Below are positions 38,130 through 47,383 of a stretch of DNA of 64,000 nt, piece by piece. The number at the start of each line of letters is the position of its first letter. Position 1 is the stretch's first letter. Position numbers and translations under genes: made by a program. The notes beneath the pieces were generated by a model. It saw nothing but the letters and a program-made list of their open reading frames with translations. It was not told where the DNA came from and ran no database searches. Source of the DNA: an uncultured Candidatus Saccharibacteria bacterium (GTDB lineage Bacteria > Patescibacteriota > Saccharimonadia > Saccharimonadales > Saccharimonadaceae); NCBI GenBank assembly GCA_938018005.1, contig CALIJG010000020.1, forward strand, positions 81,063-145,062, given 5' to 3'.

Positions 38130-38820
38130 ACTCTATGTCTCCTTGTATGATATTAGTTGCTTGAGCTAACGTATGACAAATGGGCCAATCTCCCGAGCGC
38201 CAATTGATGGAGCGCGGTGTAAGCTGGCCAGTGTGGTCGATCTGCACGCAGCGAATGGGCGGATCTGGCTCGGGCGCAAAGGCGACGGCAACGGGCTTAT
38301 CGTCGATCAGGTAGATTGTTTGGCCGGGGTTTGCAGCGGCGGCACGGCGCAGCCACTGGGCTTTATCTTGCAAGGTAGTAATAATCACCTGCCCACCCTG
38401 CTGAGCCACGAGCGCACGCACTGCTGGGCACAGACGGGCTTTGCAGTGCGGCGTGATGGGATCACCATAGGTCAGTATCTGCACCGTGCCATAGTGGCTC
38501 AGCGTGCGCAGCATCGATGCCACGCCTGGGTATTGGAGGTGGCCATCGGCGAGCGTCGTTTGCTCGAGCTGCTCAATAACAGACGCCGCATCTAGGCCCA
38601 GTGCCGCAAGCTGTGCCGCCAAGACGTAGGTCGGTGCGGTGGGGTTCGTCTTGGGCCGGAGCATATAGCGAGGCTGCGCCGCCAAGAATTCCCTGGCAGT
38701 CACCTGCGCTGGGTAGAGTTGAGCTAGTGTTTCCGCTATCTCACGCAACCACTGCGTGGTATTGATGATCGTCCGGTCGAGATCAACGTAGATGTGATAG
38801 TGGCCCGTCATATACTCCAT
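38032..38820 (-). CDS. HAD-superfamily hydrolase
   Basis: Motif I YVDLDRTI (DxDxT). The C-terminal ~98 nt overlaps the galU start in another frame. Confidence 0.5.
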   Translation of the reverse strand: MEYMTGHYHIYVDLDRTIINTTQWLREIAETLAQLYPAQVTAREFLAAQPRYMLRPKTNPTAPTYVLAAQLAALGLDAASVIEQLEQTTLADGHLQYPGVASMLRTLSHYGTVQILTYGDPITPHCKARLCPAVRALVAQQGGQVIITTLQDKAQWLRRAAAANPGQTIYLIDDKPVAVAFAPEPDPPIRCVQIDHTGQLTPRSINWRSGDWPICHTLAQATNIIQGDIEYAMHQSNHPRSRLGDTAPARHQDDRKMHAAAG

Positions 38821-38850
38821 GATCTTTACAGTATAGCCAGTCCTTGATAT

Positions 38851-39849
38851 TTATGCAAAGTATATCCGCATCAGCTGGCGCGCCACGACGTCGGGGTCGT
38901 GCCGGATGAAGCTGCGCGTGCTAGCCAATGGATCGCTAGCCTGAGCACCATCCCACGCGTCTTGTGCGAGGACTGGTGCGGCGCGGTAGCGGTAGTGCTG
39001 GCGATGCATCTCGTCCATGTCGTACTCGACCATCAGCTCGCCATCGTGGGCATACTTATCCATCAGCTCAGGGCTGGGGCGCGTGTTGTTGAAGACGACA
39101 TAGTCGAGGAACTGGCTGCCTGCTAGGCGTTCGATTTCACTCGCAAAGTCGCTCACCGAGAAGCCGTCCGTCGGGCCAGGTTTGGTGACGAGGTTGCAGA
39201 CAAAGACGCAGCGTGCCGTGGTGGCAGCAAGCGCCTCTTGGATCTCGCGAATGACCAAGACAGGTGCCAAGCTACCATAGAGGTTGCCGGGAGCCACGAC
39301 GACCATATCGGCGGTGCGAATTGCCTCCACCGCGGCAGGGTTAGCCTGGGCTTCTGGCTCGAGCCAAATCTTGGGCCGACGCGCCAGCGCCTGCTGTGAG
39401 ATGACATATTCTCCTTTGATAGGCTGGCCGTCCTCGCCTTCTGCGCAGAGCGTCACATTGCTCAGCGTAGCAGGCACAACGCACCCATCGATATTAAGCA
39501 CCTGGCTGGCTAGTGCCACCGCCTCGGCAAAGCTGCCGGTCATTTTCTCAAGGGCTGTAAGGAAGAGATTACCAAAGGCATGCCCCTTAAAACTCCCCTC
39601 ATCGAAGCGATAATTAAAGAGGTCGCGCACCTTGGGGCTATTGCTCAGCGCCACGAGGCACTGACGCACATCACCAGGCGGCAAGACGCCGAGCTCGTCG
39701 CGCAATTGGCCCGTCGAGCCGCCATCATCTGCCATATTGACGAGCGCCGTGACCTGCGACGCATACTGCCTCAGGCCTGTCAGGAGCGTAAAGCTCCCCG
39801 TCCCGCCGCCGATGACGACGACGCGTGCTCCACCATTGCTCTGTGCCAT
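38851..39849 (-). CDS. YvcK/CofD-family (UPF0052, gluconeogenesis factor-like) protein
   Basis: VVVIGGGTGSFTLLTGLR...LVNMADDGGSTGQLRDELGVLPPGDVRQCLVAL signature. Confidence 0.8.
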   Translation of the reverse strand: MAQSNGGARVVVIGGGTGSFTLLTGLRQYASQVTALVNMADDGGSTGQLRDELGVLPPGDVRQCLVALSNSPKVRDLFNYRFDEGSFKGHAFGNLFLTALEKMTGSFAEAVALASQVLNIDGCVVPATLSNVTLCAEGEDGQPIKGEYVISQQALARRPKIWLEPEAQANPAAVEAIRTADMVVVAPGNLYGSLAPVLVIREIQEALAATTARCVFVCNLVTKPGPTDGFSVSDFASEIERLAGSQFLDYVVFNNTRPSPELMDKYAHDGELMVEYDMDEMHRQHYRYRAAPVLAQDAWDGAQASDPLASTRSFIRHDPDVVARQLMRIYFA

Positions 39850-39852
39850 GTA

Positions 39853-41397
39853 TTATTCCTCCCGATTATTATGACTACGTGAACGACTGCGTGATGCGAC
39901 TGCTGGTCGGCGTGGCGGTGTAATCACCCCGCTAGAGCGTGCCGCTGACCCTGGTGTAGATGGTGGCATTTGGGGTGTTTGGGGTGGCGTTGGCGGCGTC
40001 GGTTTGGGTGGTACTGCTGGCGTAGAGCGCGCAGAGCGCGGCGATGATGATGTAGCTTGCGCCTGCGCGGTAGCTGGCTTAGCACTCGGCTTCTTGCGCG
40101 CTGGTACAGACGGCAGTGGCTCGATAGGCCGCTCTGCCTGTTTCTTCTGCTGCTGCAATACGCGAGCAAACCATAGCGCACTGGGGCGCGGTGTCCGCTT
40201 GTACGTCTTGTAGTCGACCGCAAAGAGGCCAAAGCGCGGCCAAAACCCTTTATCCCACTCGAAGTTATCAAGGAAGCTCCAGTGCATATATCCCAGCAGC
40301 TCTACCCCACTACCAAGAGCGCGCTGCATAGCCAGGATAGACTGAGTGAGCCATTGCTTGCGGAACTGGTCGCGCTCGTCAGCCACACCGTTCTCTGTCA
40401 CGAGCAGCGGTAGCTTATAGCGGCCCCAGAGACGCCCTAGTGCAAGCTCGAGATGATCGGGCTGCATTGTCCAGCCGAGATCGTTTGGCGTGGTCTCGGG
40501 GTTGTGGATGCGGTAGCCATAGATACGATTGCTAAAGTAATAATTGACGGCGATGTAATCACTCTGCCGCACCACCTTGCGCAGGAAATAATCATCCTGG
40601 AAGAACTGCACCACCCGCGCTGTCGCTCGGCTCAGCCAGGCGTCATCACCCGGGTAGGTGTAGGCCGAGTTTTTGGCCACCGCCACCTTGAAGCGCCGGC
40701 TCTTGGCGTGGAGGACCTTAGCCACTTGGTTGTGTGCATAGGCAAGATTGCTCAGCACGCGGTAGGTTTGCCACTTGCTGCGGACGTTGGGTGGCCAGGT
40801 GCCATTGTAGTAGCTCTCGGTCACGTAGACGCAGGGCTCATTGACGGTAATGACATAGCGCACCGTTGCACCAATCTCATCCATCAGTTTATCGACAAAG
40901 CGCACAAAATACTTCACATTATCGCGCTTCGCAAAGCCCCCCTGGGCAGCAAACCATACCGGCAGCGTGAAGTGAAACAGTGTCACGACTGGCTCCAGCC
41001 CAGCATCGGCCAGCGCGGCCAAGTATGCCTTGTAGTATTTGATCGCCTCGGCATTCCACGCGCCCTCTTCTGGCTCGATGCGCGACCACTCCACACTAAA
41101 GCGCCACGAGGTGAGGCCCATCTTCTTGGCCAGGGCGAAGTCTTGTGCGTAAAGCTCGGCGTGGTTGGCAGCTTTGCCCGAGATATAATTGTTTGGATCT
41201 TTGGCGGCACTGGCAATGTGCGGCCAGTTGGGCAAGTCGCCATATTGATATTGGCTCTGAGCAGCGAGGGTCTTGGCCTGAGCTTTTTCCCACTCCGACC
41301 ACTGGTTGTGCATACCACCCTCGACCTGATGCGCGCTCGTCGCAGCGCCCCAGAGGAAATGTTTTGGAAATTGCACCGTAGATTGTTGCTTAGCCAT
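39853..41397 (-). CDS. glycoside hydrolase family 1 beta-glucosidase with ~100-aa Pro/Ala/Ser-rich C-terminal tail
   Basis: GH1 N-terminal signature FLWGAATSAHQVEGG and nucleophile motif LLVTENGVAD. Confidence 0.85.
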   Translation of the reverse strand: MAKQQSTVQFPKHFLWGAATSAHQVEGGMHNQWSEWEKAQAKTLAAQSQYQYGDLPNWPHIASAAKDPNNYISGKAANHAELYAQDFALAKKMGLTSWRFSVEWSRIEPEEGAWNAEAIKYYKAYLAALADAGLEPVVTLFHFTLPVWFAAQGGFAKRDNVKYFVRFVDKLMDEIGATVRYVITVNEPCVYVTESYYNGTWPPNVRSKWQTYRVLSNLAYAHNQVAKVLHAKSRRFKVAVAKNSAYTYPGDDAWLSRATARVVQFFQDDYFLRKVVRQSDYIAVNYYFSNRIYGYRIHNPETTPNDLGWTMQPDHLELALGRLWGRYKLPLLVTENGVADERDQFRKQWLTQSILAMQRALGSGVELLGYMHWSFLDNFEWDKGFWPRFGLFAVDYKTYKRTPRPSALWFARVLQQQKKQAERPIEPLPSVPARKKPSAKPATAQAQATSSSPRSARSTPAVPPKPTPPTPPQTPQMPPSTPGSAARSSGVITPPRRPAVASRSRSRSHNNREE

Positions 41398-41507
41398 AAT
41401 GCTTATTGTACCATCAGTAGAGGATTAAGAAAAATAGAATTATTGGGTGGAAGTATGATCTCTCTTTGTTTGCGCTCGCTCCACCTTCCCATCACTTCAT
41501 CCGATGG

Positions 41508-41590
41508 AGTGTGGAAACAGATTGCAATAATCTGTTTGCAGCCCAGCGCAAGAGGTCGACATCCAGCGAATGTCGACCCTTATCTCCAGA
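41508..41590 (-). repeat. copy 2 (inverted) of the ~75-bp two-hairpin repeat element
   Basis: The reverse complement reads ATAAGGGTCGACATtcgctggATGTCGACCTCTTGCGCTGGGCTGcaaacagattATTGCAAtctgtttcc. Hairpin-A stems differ from copy 1 by a compensatory pair. Hairpin-B stems are entirely different but still palindromic around a conserved ATTGC loop. Confidence 0.6.
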
Positions 41591-41643
41591 TATTTTCTTG
41601 TCCAATAGCATGATACTAGCTAGACACAGAAAATATCTCTTCC

Positions 41644-42759
41644 CTACTCCGGCAGTTGCTCATTCTCGCGCAGGATTTTCTTGCCGCGCATTTCGTATTT
41701 GACACCGGTCAGGTCGCTCGTGACGTAGTCATCGTTGAGGAGATTAACAAAAACGGCTGCATCCTTGGCATCCATGATAATGATACTCCCTGCCGCGTCG
41801 TCCGTCATCAGGCCCAGGCCCATTTCATCAGCGTGGTCAATGAGTTGGTCTTGTGTCACTTGGGCAGGATCGAGCTTTTGCAGTTTAGTCACCAGCGCTG
41901 GTGTGTCGCGCACCAGGCGGTCGAGCGTGAGTCCCTCAGGCAAGGTAAGTTTGAACTGCTGAGTGATGGCAGCGATCTTTTCCTCTGCCACAGCATGCTT
42001 TTTGGCATCGTAGCCAAAAAGCCGGACAAATTTGCTCTCGCTAAAGGCAAAGATATCGTTGCCGACGATTAATACTTGATTATCCGGCGTGATGCGCAGA
42101 CCAGCATCAGCCACAAATGGCTGGAATGACCCACCGCTGTACATCCAGGCGGTTGCTCCCTTGAGCACCTGCGACTGGGGCAGCAGCTTGGCCACAAAGA
42201 ATGGCTCGCCATCTGTGCCCATCCGGAAGCGCGCAATGATACCCTTAACCTTCTTAAACTCATGGTCACCCTCGTTGAAGGTCTCAAGATCTGCCTCGCT
42301 GTAAGTGATCTGCTCGATGACTTCTTGAGCGTGCACTACCCGGTCGAGTGTGGTGCGCTCGAGAACATTCTCCTCAGCCTTGGCCGCCTCAAAGTCGCGC
42401 ACCATCAGGCCAGTCGCTGCACCCGTCTGCACCGCTGTGATCATATCGTAGAGGAAGAGCACCTTGAGCTGCGCCTTGAGCTCAGCTGCATAGTTGGTGG
42501 CATACACTGTATAGCCCTTGGTGAAGAGAAAGAGATCCACCTCTAACTGGTCTTTGTCGCGATCGGCTTGATTGGCCCAGAGGAAGATGTCGGTAGCATC
42601 GGTAGATGTGCCAGCCGTAGACTGTGCGGTAGTATCTGTTGGCTGAGCCTCGGCATAAGCAGCTACATCTGCGTCACTCTGCGGCACAGCAGCTGACTCT
42701 GGTGACGTTACTGGGGTGATATCGGTGGTGGGGGTTTGTGTGTTTGGTTCGTTATGCAT
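41644..42759 (-). CDS. hypothetical protein, third gene of the AAA+ operon (N-terminal Thr/Ala-rich region plus ~300-aa globular part)
   Basis: 371-aa ORF lying 54 nt after the preceding gene. No confidently recognisable domain; mixed alpha/beta composition. Confidence 0.5.
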   Translation of the reverse strand: MHNEPNTQTPTTDITPVTSPESAAVPQSDADVAAYAEAQPTDTTAQSTAGTSTDATDIFLWANQADRDKDQLEVDLFLFTKGYTVYATNYAAELKAQLKVLFLYDMITAVQTGAATGLMVRDFEAAKAEENVLERTTLDRVVHAQEVIEQITYSEADLETFNEGDHEFKKVKGIIARFRMGTDGEPFFVAKLLPQSQVLKGATAWMYSGGSFQPFVADAGLRITPDNQVLIVGNDIFAFSESKFVRLFGYDAKKHAVAEEKIAAITQQFKLTLPEGLTLDRLVRDTPALVTKLQKLDPAQVTQDQLIDHADEMGLGLMTDDAAGSIIIMDAKDAAVFVNLLNDDYVTSDLTGVKYEMRGKKILRENEQLPE

Positions 42760-42813
42760 GGTTTCTAGTGTACTATATTTAGGGTGTAAAGCCTATTGCT
42801 ACATCCAGTAGTG

Positions 42814-43713
42814 TTACCGCTCGTCGCTTGCTGGCCCATGCCCCAGCGTCTCCAGTGTGCGGTCAACCACCTTTTGGGCAAAGCGCTGCACATCACTATC
42901 ACTGTGTAGGTCGAGCCCCTCACCTTGGTCGATGAGAAAGCTGTGTGGCGGGAGATCTGAAACCATGCAGATTGGCCAACCATAGCTTCGCCCCCTCATA
43001 AACCCCATAGCGTGGCGTATGTTATTTGGCTCATGTTCCTTGAGGGCAAATACCCCGCGGCGCAAGAATGCTGGGTGTGCCAAGCAAAATGCCGCTGTGT
43101 CGATATCCAGATATTCCCCGGGCTGCACCACTGGTATCTGATATTCGACGCCACGGATATATCTATCATCTTCTTCTGTAGACTCAACCATCGTGAGGCC
43201 AAGCGAGTACCCCTCAGTACGCAATGCCTCGATCGCCGCATACAGTGCCCCACCACGCTGCATAATTCGCTCGGACGAAACTCTGCTAGACATCGATGCA
43301 TTAACATACATCATTGCCTGCTTCCCATGAGTATCCTGGCGCACTTGATAATCTACCATATGCTCGGGCTCACCGTGTAGGTAAGCGCCAATATCTACCT
43401 CATCACCAGCGAAATCTAGCCGAGACTCTACAATTGGTCGCCGCCCCACTAGCTGATCTATAGCCACACGTCCCACTACTTGGCGCAAGCGCTGGCGGCC
43501 CTCTTCCCAGCCATAGCGCGCTAACTCGAGCGCCTCATCCATCGTCCTTGTGCCCGACCACCGCTCCTCATCTGTCCTCAGGCTCGCTGCTCCGAGGTCA
43601 GACTGCTCTTGCTGCTCGGGCGCATGCTGCATCGCATCAATCATTTCGCCAATGCTATCGAGCTGACGAAAGTGCATCGTACGACCGTCATACTCTTGCT
43701 CAGAGCGACGCAT
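42814..43713 (-). CDS. hypothetical protein, second gene of the AAA+ operon (possible degenerate vWA-like fold)
   Basis: Start is immediately adjacent to the ATPase stop, suggesting translational coupling. The segment MMYVNASMSS...GGALYAAIEALRTEGYSLGLTMV weakly resembles the vWA beta1-MIDAS/alpha1/beta2 region. This is inference only. Confidence 0.5.
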   Translation of the reverse strand: MRRSEQEYDGRTMHFRQLDSIGEMIDAMQHAPEQQEQSDLGAASLRTDEERWSGTRTMDEALELARYGWEEGRQRLRQVVGRVAIDQLVGRRPIVESRLDFAGDEVDIGAYLHGEPEHMVDYQVRQDTHGKQAMMYVNASMSSRVSSERIMQRGGALYAAIEALRTEGYSLGLTMVESTEEDDRYIRGVEYQIPVVQPGEYLDIDTAAFCLAHPAFLRRGVFALKEHEPNNIRHAMGFMRGRSYGWPICMVSDLPPHSFLIDQGEGLDLHSDSDVQRFAQKVVDRTLETLGHGPASDER

Positions 43714-45393
43714 CTAGTGACTCCTCGGCCGCTTACCACCCACGTCGGGGTGCTGCCTCAGCCAATTACACAGGGTAAATCGCCCAGGAACAAAACCGTG
43801 GCAGGCTTCAAATTGCTTGGCGTAATCCTGGACGTCATGGTCGTTCAATTGCGAAAAGTGGTCTTTCACAAACTCTATTCGGTCATGTACTTCCGTCTTG
43901 ATGTGGTCATTATCATTATCCTCTGTTTCCCATTGTGTGATGTCCCCACGGTCGCGCTGCCAACGCCGATCCTCTACATTGACTGCAGCAACTATATCTG
44001 AGACAAGGACCTTTTTTGTCGTCCAAATTTCGGGGTCTCCAAAGACCCGCCCTACTGCCCTGGATATTGTTGGCGTTTGCGATATGTCCGTTAGCTCACG
44101 CGAATGCATCGATTCCAAGTCCCAACACACTCGGACAAATATACTAGTCTCGTAGTTGCTCGTGTCTAATTTATTGATATTATAACAGTCTGGTAAGAAA
44201 CGACGTATAGAACTATCAAGAGATCTCTCAAGCCATCGTGTATTCGTTCTATCGATAGTAATTTCTTTATCCTCCGGTGGTGTAAACCACTCACTATCGT
44301 CTTTCTTTTCAGTATCTTTTGGCTGAGTTTCTTGAGATGACTTACTGTGAGATTCATCAAGCTCTTTGCCTTTCGTAGCTTCGCGAGTCTTGTAGTCAAG
44401 CGCCTCCTGCACCCTCGGCATCAACCGCTTGGCATTCTCAGCTAGCTTCTCGCGGTCATGCTCCTTCATACCCTTATAGAGGAGCATCTCGCCCAGCCAG
44501 TCCTTACCGACGCCTAACTCAGCTAGGCGTACACCATACAGGCTAGCACGCTGGCTAATGATAGCGCGGATACCAAGCTCGCCCAGTGCCTGGCGGTGCG
44601 CTCGCACCGTAGCCAGCCACTCTTTGGGGCTAGGTACCTCACCAGCCGAGATGTCGAGTGGCGAGCGGTTTATCTCCGTGCCAAGTATCAGCGCGTCCTC
44701 CAAATATTCATCAGTGTCCATTGGGATGAAGGCAAAGCGGTCGATGGTGGCTGCATCGATCGGTGCCCGGCCCACATACTCACTCGTTGCTCCGCGGCCA
44801 ATCGTGTTGGCACTGGCGATGAAGCGCGCCGTCTCGTGGCGTGGCACTCTGCTATCCGGGAACTCACCATGGCCATTGGCAAGCGCACTGTTGAGGATAG
44901 TCAAAATACTTGCGCTACCATTATCGATCTCATCAAACATAAAGACACCACCATTCTCATACACCTCACGGTAGGCTGTGTTATGGTAGTTACCCGTTGC
45001 ATCGCGATAGCCCATAAGGTCGGACTTGGATGTCGTTGGCCCGAGCGATATAGAGCGAAATGGCAAGCCAAGGCTATCTGCCGCTTGCTCACCAGCAGTC
45101 GACTTGCCACTCCCTGCCTCACCATGCAGCCAGATAGGTACATCTGCCTGCAAGGCTGCGCGCACGAGGGGCGTGTGGTAATGCGACGGTTTGGCTCTGT
45201 TAACAAACTGCTGCAATGCAGGGTATTCCTGCTGCCGTGTTGTATGATCCAGCGCGAGGATCGTCCGCAGTGCGTTCACAACCTCCTCGCTCGTCCCTTG
45301 GTGTAGTTGCTCCACAACCTGGCGCGCTTCGCTCAAGTCTGCAGCCACCCCCCGGTGTGCTGCTTCGATATCGTGCAGCGTTTTGCCGCTCAT
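43714..45393 (-). CDS. MoxR-like (AAA_5-type) AAA+ ATPase with long acidic C-terminal extension
   Basis: Walker A LHGEAGSGKST, Walker B VFMFDEID, sensor-1 FIASANT, Arg near IDRFAF. A C-terminal ~250 aa is acidic and of unknown function. The annotated ATG 45393 has no SD, whereas the RBS-equipped ATG 45502 is out of frame. See the SSR feature. Confidence 0.7.
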   Translation of the reverse strand: MSGKTLHDIEAAHRGVAADLSEARQVVEQLHQGTSEEVVNALRTILALDHTTRQQEYPALQQFVNRAKPSHYHTPLVRAALQADVPIWLHGEAGSGKSTAGEQAADSLGLPFRSISLGPTTSKSDLMGYRDATGNYHNTAYREVYENGGVFMFDEIDNGSASILTILNSALANGHGEFPDSRVPRHETARFIASANTIGRGATSEYVGRAPIDAATIDRFAFIPMDTDEYLEDALILGTEINRSPLDISAGEVPSPKEWLATVRAHRQALGELGIRAIISQRASLYGVRLAELGVGKDWLGEMLLYKGMKEHDREKLAENAKRLMPRVQEALDYKTREATKGKELDESHSKSSQETQPKDTEKKDDSEWFTPPEDKEITIDRTNTRWLERSLDSSIRRFLPDCYNINKLDTSNYETSIFVRVCWDLESMHSRELTDISQTPTISRAVGRVFGDPEIWTTKKVLVSDIVAAVNVEDRRWQRDRGDITQWETEDNDNDHIKTEVHDRIEFVKDHFSQLNDHDVQDYAKQFEACHGFVPGRFTLCNWLRQHPDVGGKRPRSH

Positions 45394-45454
45394 CAGGTTA
45401 CTCAGCGACTGGAGCGAAATCTCACCACTCCCTGCAGTATCTGCAGTGGCTTGC

Positions 45455-45502
45455 TCAGCGCTGCCTGTTAAGGCTCTCTCTCTCTCTCTCTGAATTTGCC
45501 AT
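45455..45502 (-). other. 15-codon uORF (MANSERERESLNRQR*) starting at an RBS-equipped ATG and running through the (GA)8 tract
   Basis: RBS AAGGAG lies 5 nt before ATG 45502. The frame terminates at TGA with 8 GA units. With 9 units the frame continues into the AAA+ ORF. Confidence 0.5.
45475..45490. repeat. (TC)8/(GA)8 dinucleotide SSR between promoter/RBS/ATG and the AAA+ ATPase ORF (candidate phase-variation switch)
   Basis: tctctctctctctctc. The repeat count sets the reading frame between ATG 45502 and the ATPase ORF; they are currently out of frame by one nucleotide. Confidence 0.8.
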
Positions 45503-45530
45503 ATTTTCTCCTTATTGTCTAGATTACTTT

Positions 45531-45560
45531 ATTGTAAGAGATATAGAGGAGATTTGTCAA
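45531..45560 (-). promoter_or_regulatory. sigma70-like promoter TTGACA-N18-TACAAT driving the AAA+ operon
   Basis: Minus-strand sense reads TTGACAAATCTCCTCTATATCTCTTACAAT, about 25-30 bp upstream of the RBS/ATG. Confidence 0.5.
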
Positions 45561-45599
45561 TTAGTAAACTATGGGAACTACTGAGAGGTTTGCAACGCT

Positions 45600-45638
45600 A
45601 GTATAAAAAATGAACGTATTATAAGAACATTCATTTTT
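45600..45638 (-). terminator. intrinsic terminator after the helicase gene (possibly bidirectional)
   Basis: AAAAATGAA-cgtattataagaaca-TTCATTTTT hairpin whose 3' half runs into a U-tract on the minus strand. Lies 58 bp after the helicase stop. Confidence 0.5.
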
Positions 45639-45695
45639 GTTTACTATAATCATTGAGAAGCATGAAACGACCCCAGACTTTGGGATAGCAATGCG

Positions 45696-47221
45696 CTACT
45701 GCACTGCATCCTCGCCAAAATGCTTTTGCAGTCGCATTTTTATCGAGCCTTCGTGCCGGCCGAGGGTGCGGCTGAGCTGGTGGATACTTACGCCTTGGAC
45801 GAAGGCCTGCTTGAGCGTCTCATCGTCGACTTTTGTCCATGGTTTGTAGGCGTTGGGGTGGGTCTGGCGCATTGTGGCAATCTTGGCCGCCCAGCTAGTG
45901 CTACCAGTTTTACTCGTCGGCTTCTTCTGCGGCATCGCAGCACGCTGAGCAGCCTGTTCGCGCAGATGTGCAAAGCGCTCGGCATCTTGGGCGGCACGAG
46001 TGCGCAGCTGCGTGTCAATGATATACGCTTCATCGCTCATGGTAAGTGCCATCCGATTGATACCAGTGAGATATATATTATCTAGACTTTTGACGCGGCT
46101 CAGTGCTACATAGCCCATACCCGGAACAAAGGCTTTGCGTAGGTCGATGCGTGCGCTATCGAGCGTCATCCCCTGACTCTTGTGCACAGTAATCGCCCAA
46201 GCCAGGCGCAGTGGCAGCTGCGAGATACTGGCCCGCTTGCGCGTACCATCGCGCAGCTCCCAGGTATCGGGCTGCATTGTCACCACATGGCCATTACGAA
46301 ACTCCACCACAGGATAGTCTGTGCCTGGCTCGAAGTCTGCTACCAGGCCAATACTCCCATTGGCAAAGCGCCGTGCTTGGTCGTTCTTGATGGCCATCAC
46401 CAGTGCACTCCGCTTGAGCACTAGCACTTCTGGTGCAAGAATGCTCCGCTGGAGCGTGTCAACATAATTTTGCCCACCAGTGCTGCTGCGCTGGTACAAC
46501 ACTTCATCGCCAGGCAGCTCAGCGAGGCGGGCTTGGTTGATCCGATCGACGTCGATATTGACGGTGTGGAGCTCAGTCAGGTCGCTCTCGTGAGGTGGCT
46601 CTACCTCTGTGCGAGCTAGTAATTGCTCGGCGTGGCGTCGGCGCAGATCACCAGCTCGCATGGCAGTCAGGATATCGAGCAGAGCGTCGCCCTCTTGCTG
46701 GCGGTATTGCTGGTCGAGGTAGAGGATGGCTGGGTCGAGCTCACGCCAGGCTTGCGACTGCACTACAAAGCTCCCCTGCCGCCCACCATTGCGATTAATT
46801 GGCGGTAGCTGAAAGAAATCCCCACTCATCACTACCTGCAATCCGCCAAAAGGCTGATTCGGCATCTCGCGCACGCGGCGGCACACTTCGTCGATCATAT
46901 CCAGACGGTAGTCGTGCAGCATACTAATCTCATCGATGATGAGTACATCTGTTTTGGCAATGATATCGCGCCGCGTCTTCGACAGGTGATCAAAAAAATT
47001 GTTCGGCAAGCTATCGTGGATGCCAATCCCCGCCCATGCGTGAATCGTGCTGCCGCCCAGGTGCGTCGCCGCAAGCCCCGTCGTGGCGGTGACGGACACA
47101 TACTTGCCGTCCGCCTTGCACTGGCGGATGAACTGCCCCAGCACATGCGTCTTGCCCGTGCCCGCCGGGCCTGTCAGCAGCGCACTCTGGCCACTGCGCA
47201 AAATCTCCTGTGCAAGTGTCT
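45696..47221 (-). CDS. SF1 PIF1/RecD-like ATP-dependent DNA helicase with C-terminal HTH-like tail
   Basis: Walker A LLTGPAGTGKTHVL, Walker B VLIIDEISML, SF1 C-terminal domain motif VHKSQGMTLD, and a C-terminal ~90 aa basic helix-rich tail. Start at MDQTLAQ; the longer ORF reaches 47309. Confidence 0.8.
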
Positions 47222-47383
47222 GATCCATAGGTTCTAGTATACAAGGTTGTGGGGTGAGAGGCAAAGTATGCGTATACCCTCTATAGAGGCAGCTCTTAGA
47301 GAGGCGCAACGAAGTGAAAGTAGAAAAAATAGTATAAAATGTATATGCTCACATTCTACCAGTGAGAGCTCAGCCTCGCCACT

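Noticed and set aside
45216-45584. 122-aa plus-strand ORF spanning the (TC)8 repeat and the promoter region
   Set aside because: It lies antisense to the start of the AAA+ ATPase gene and its promoter and RBS, with no RBS of its own.
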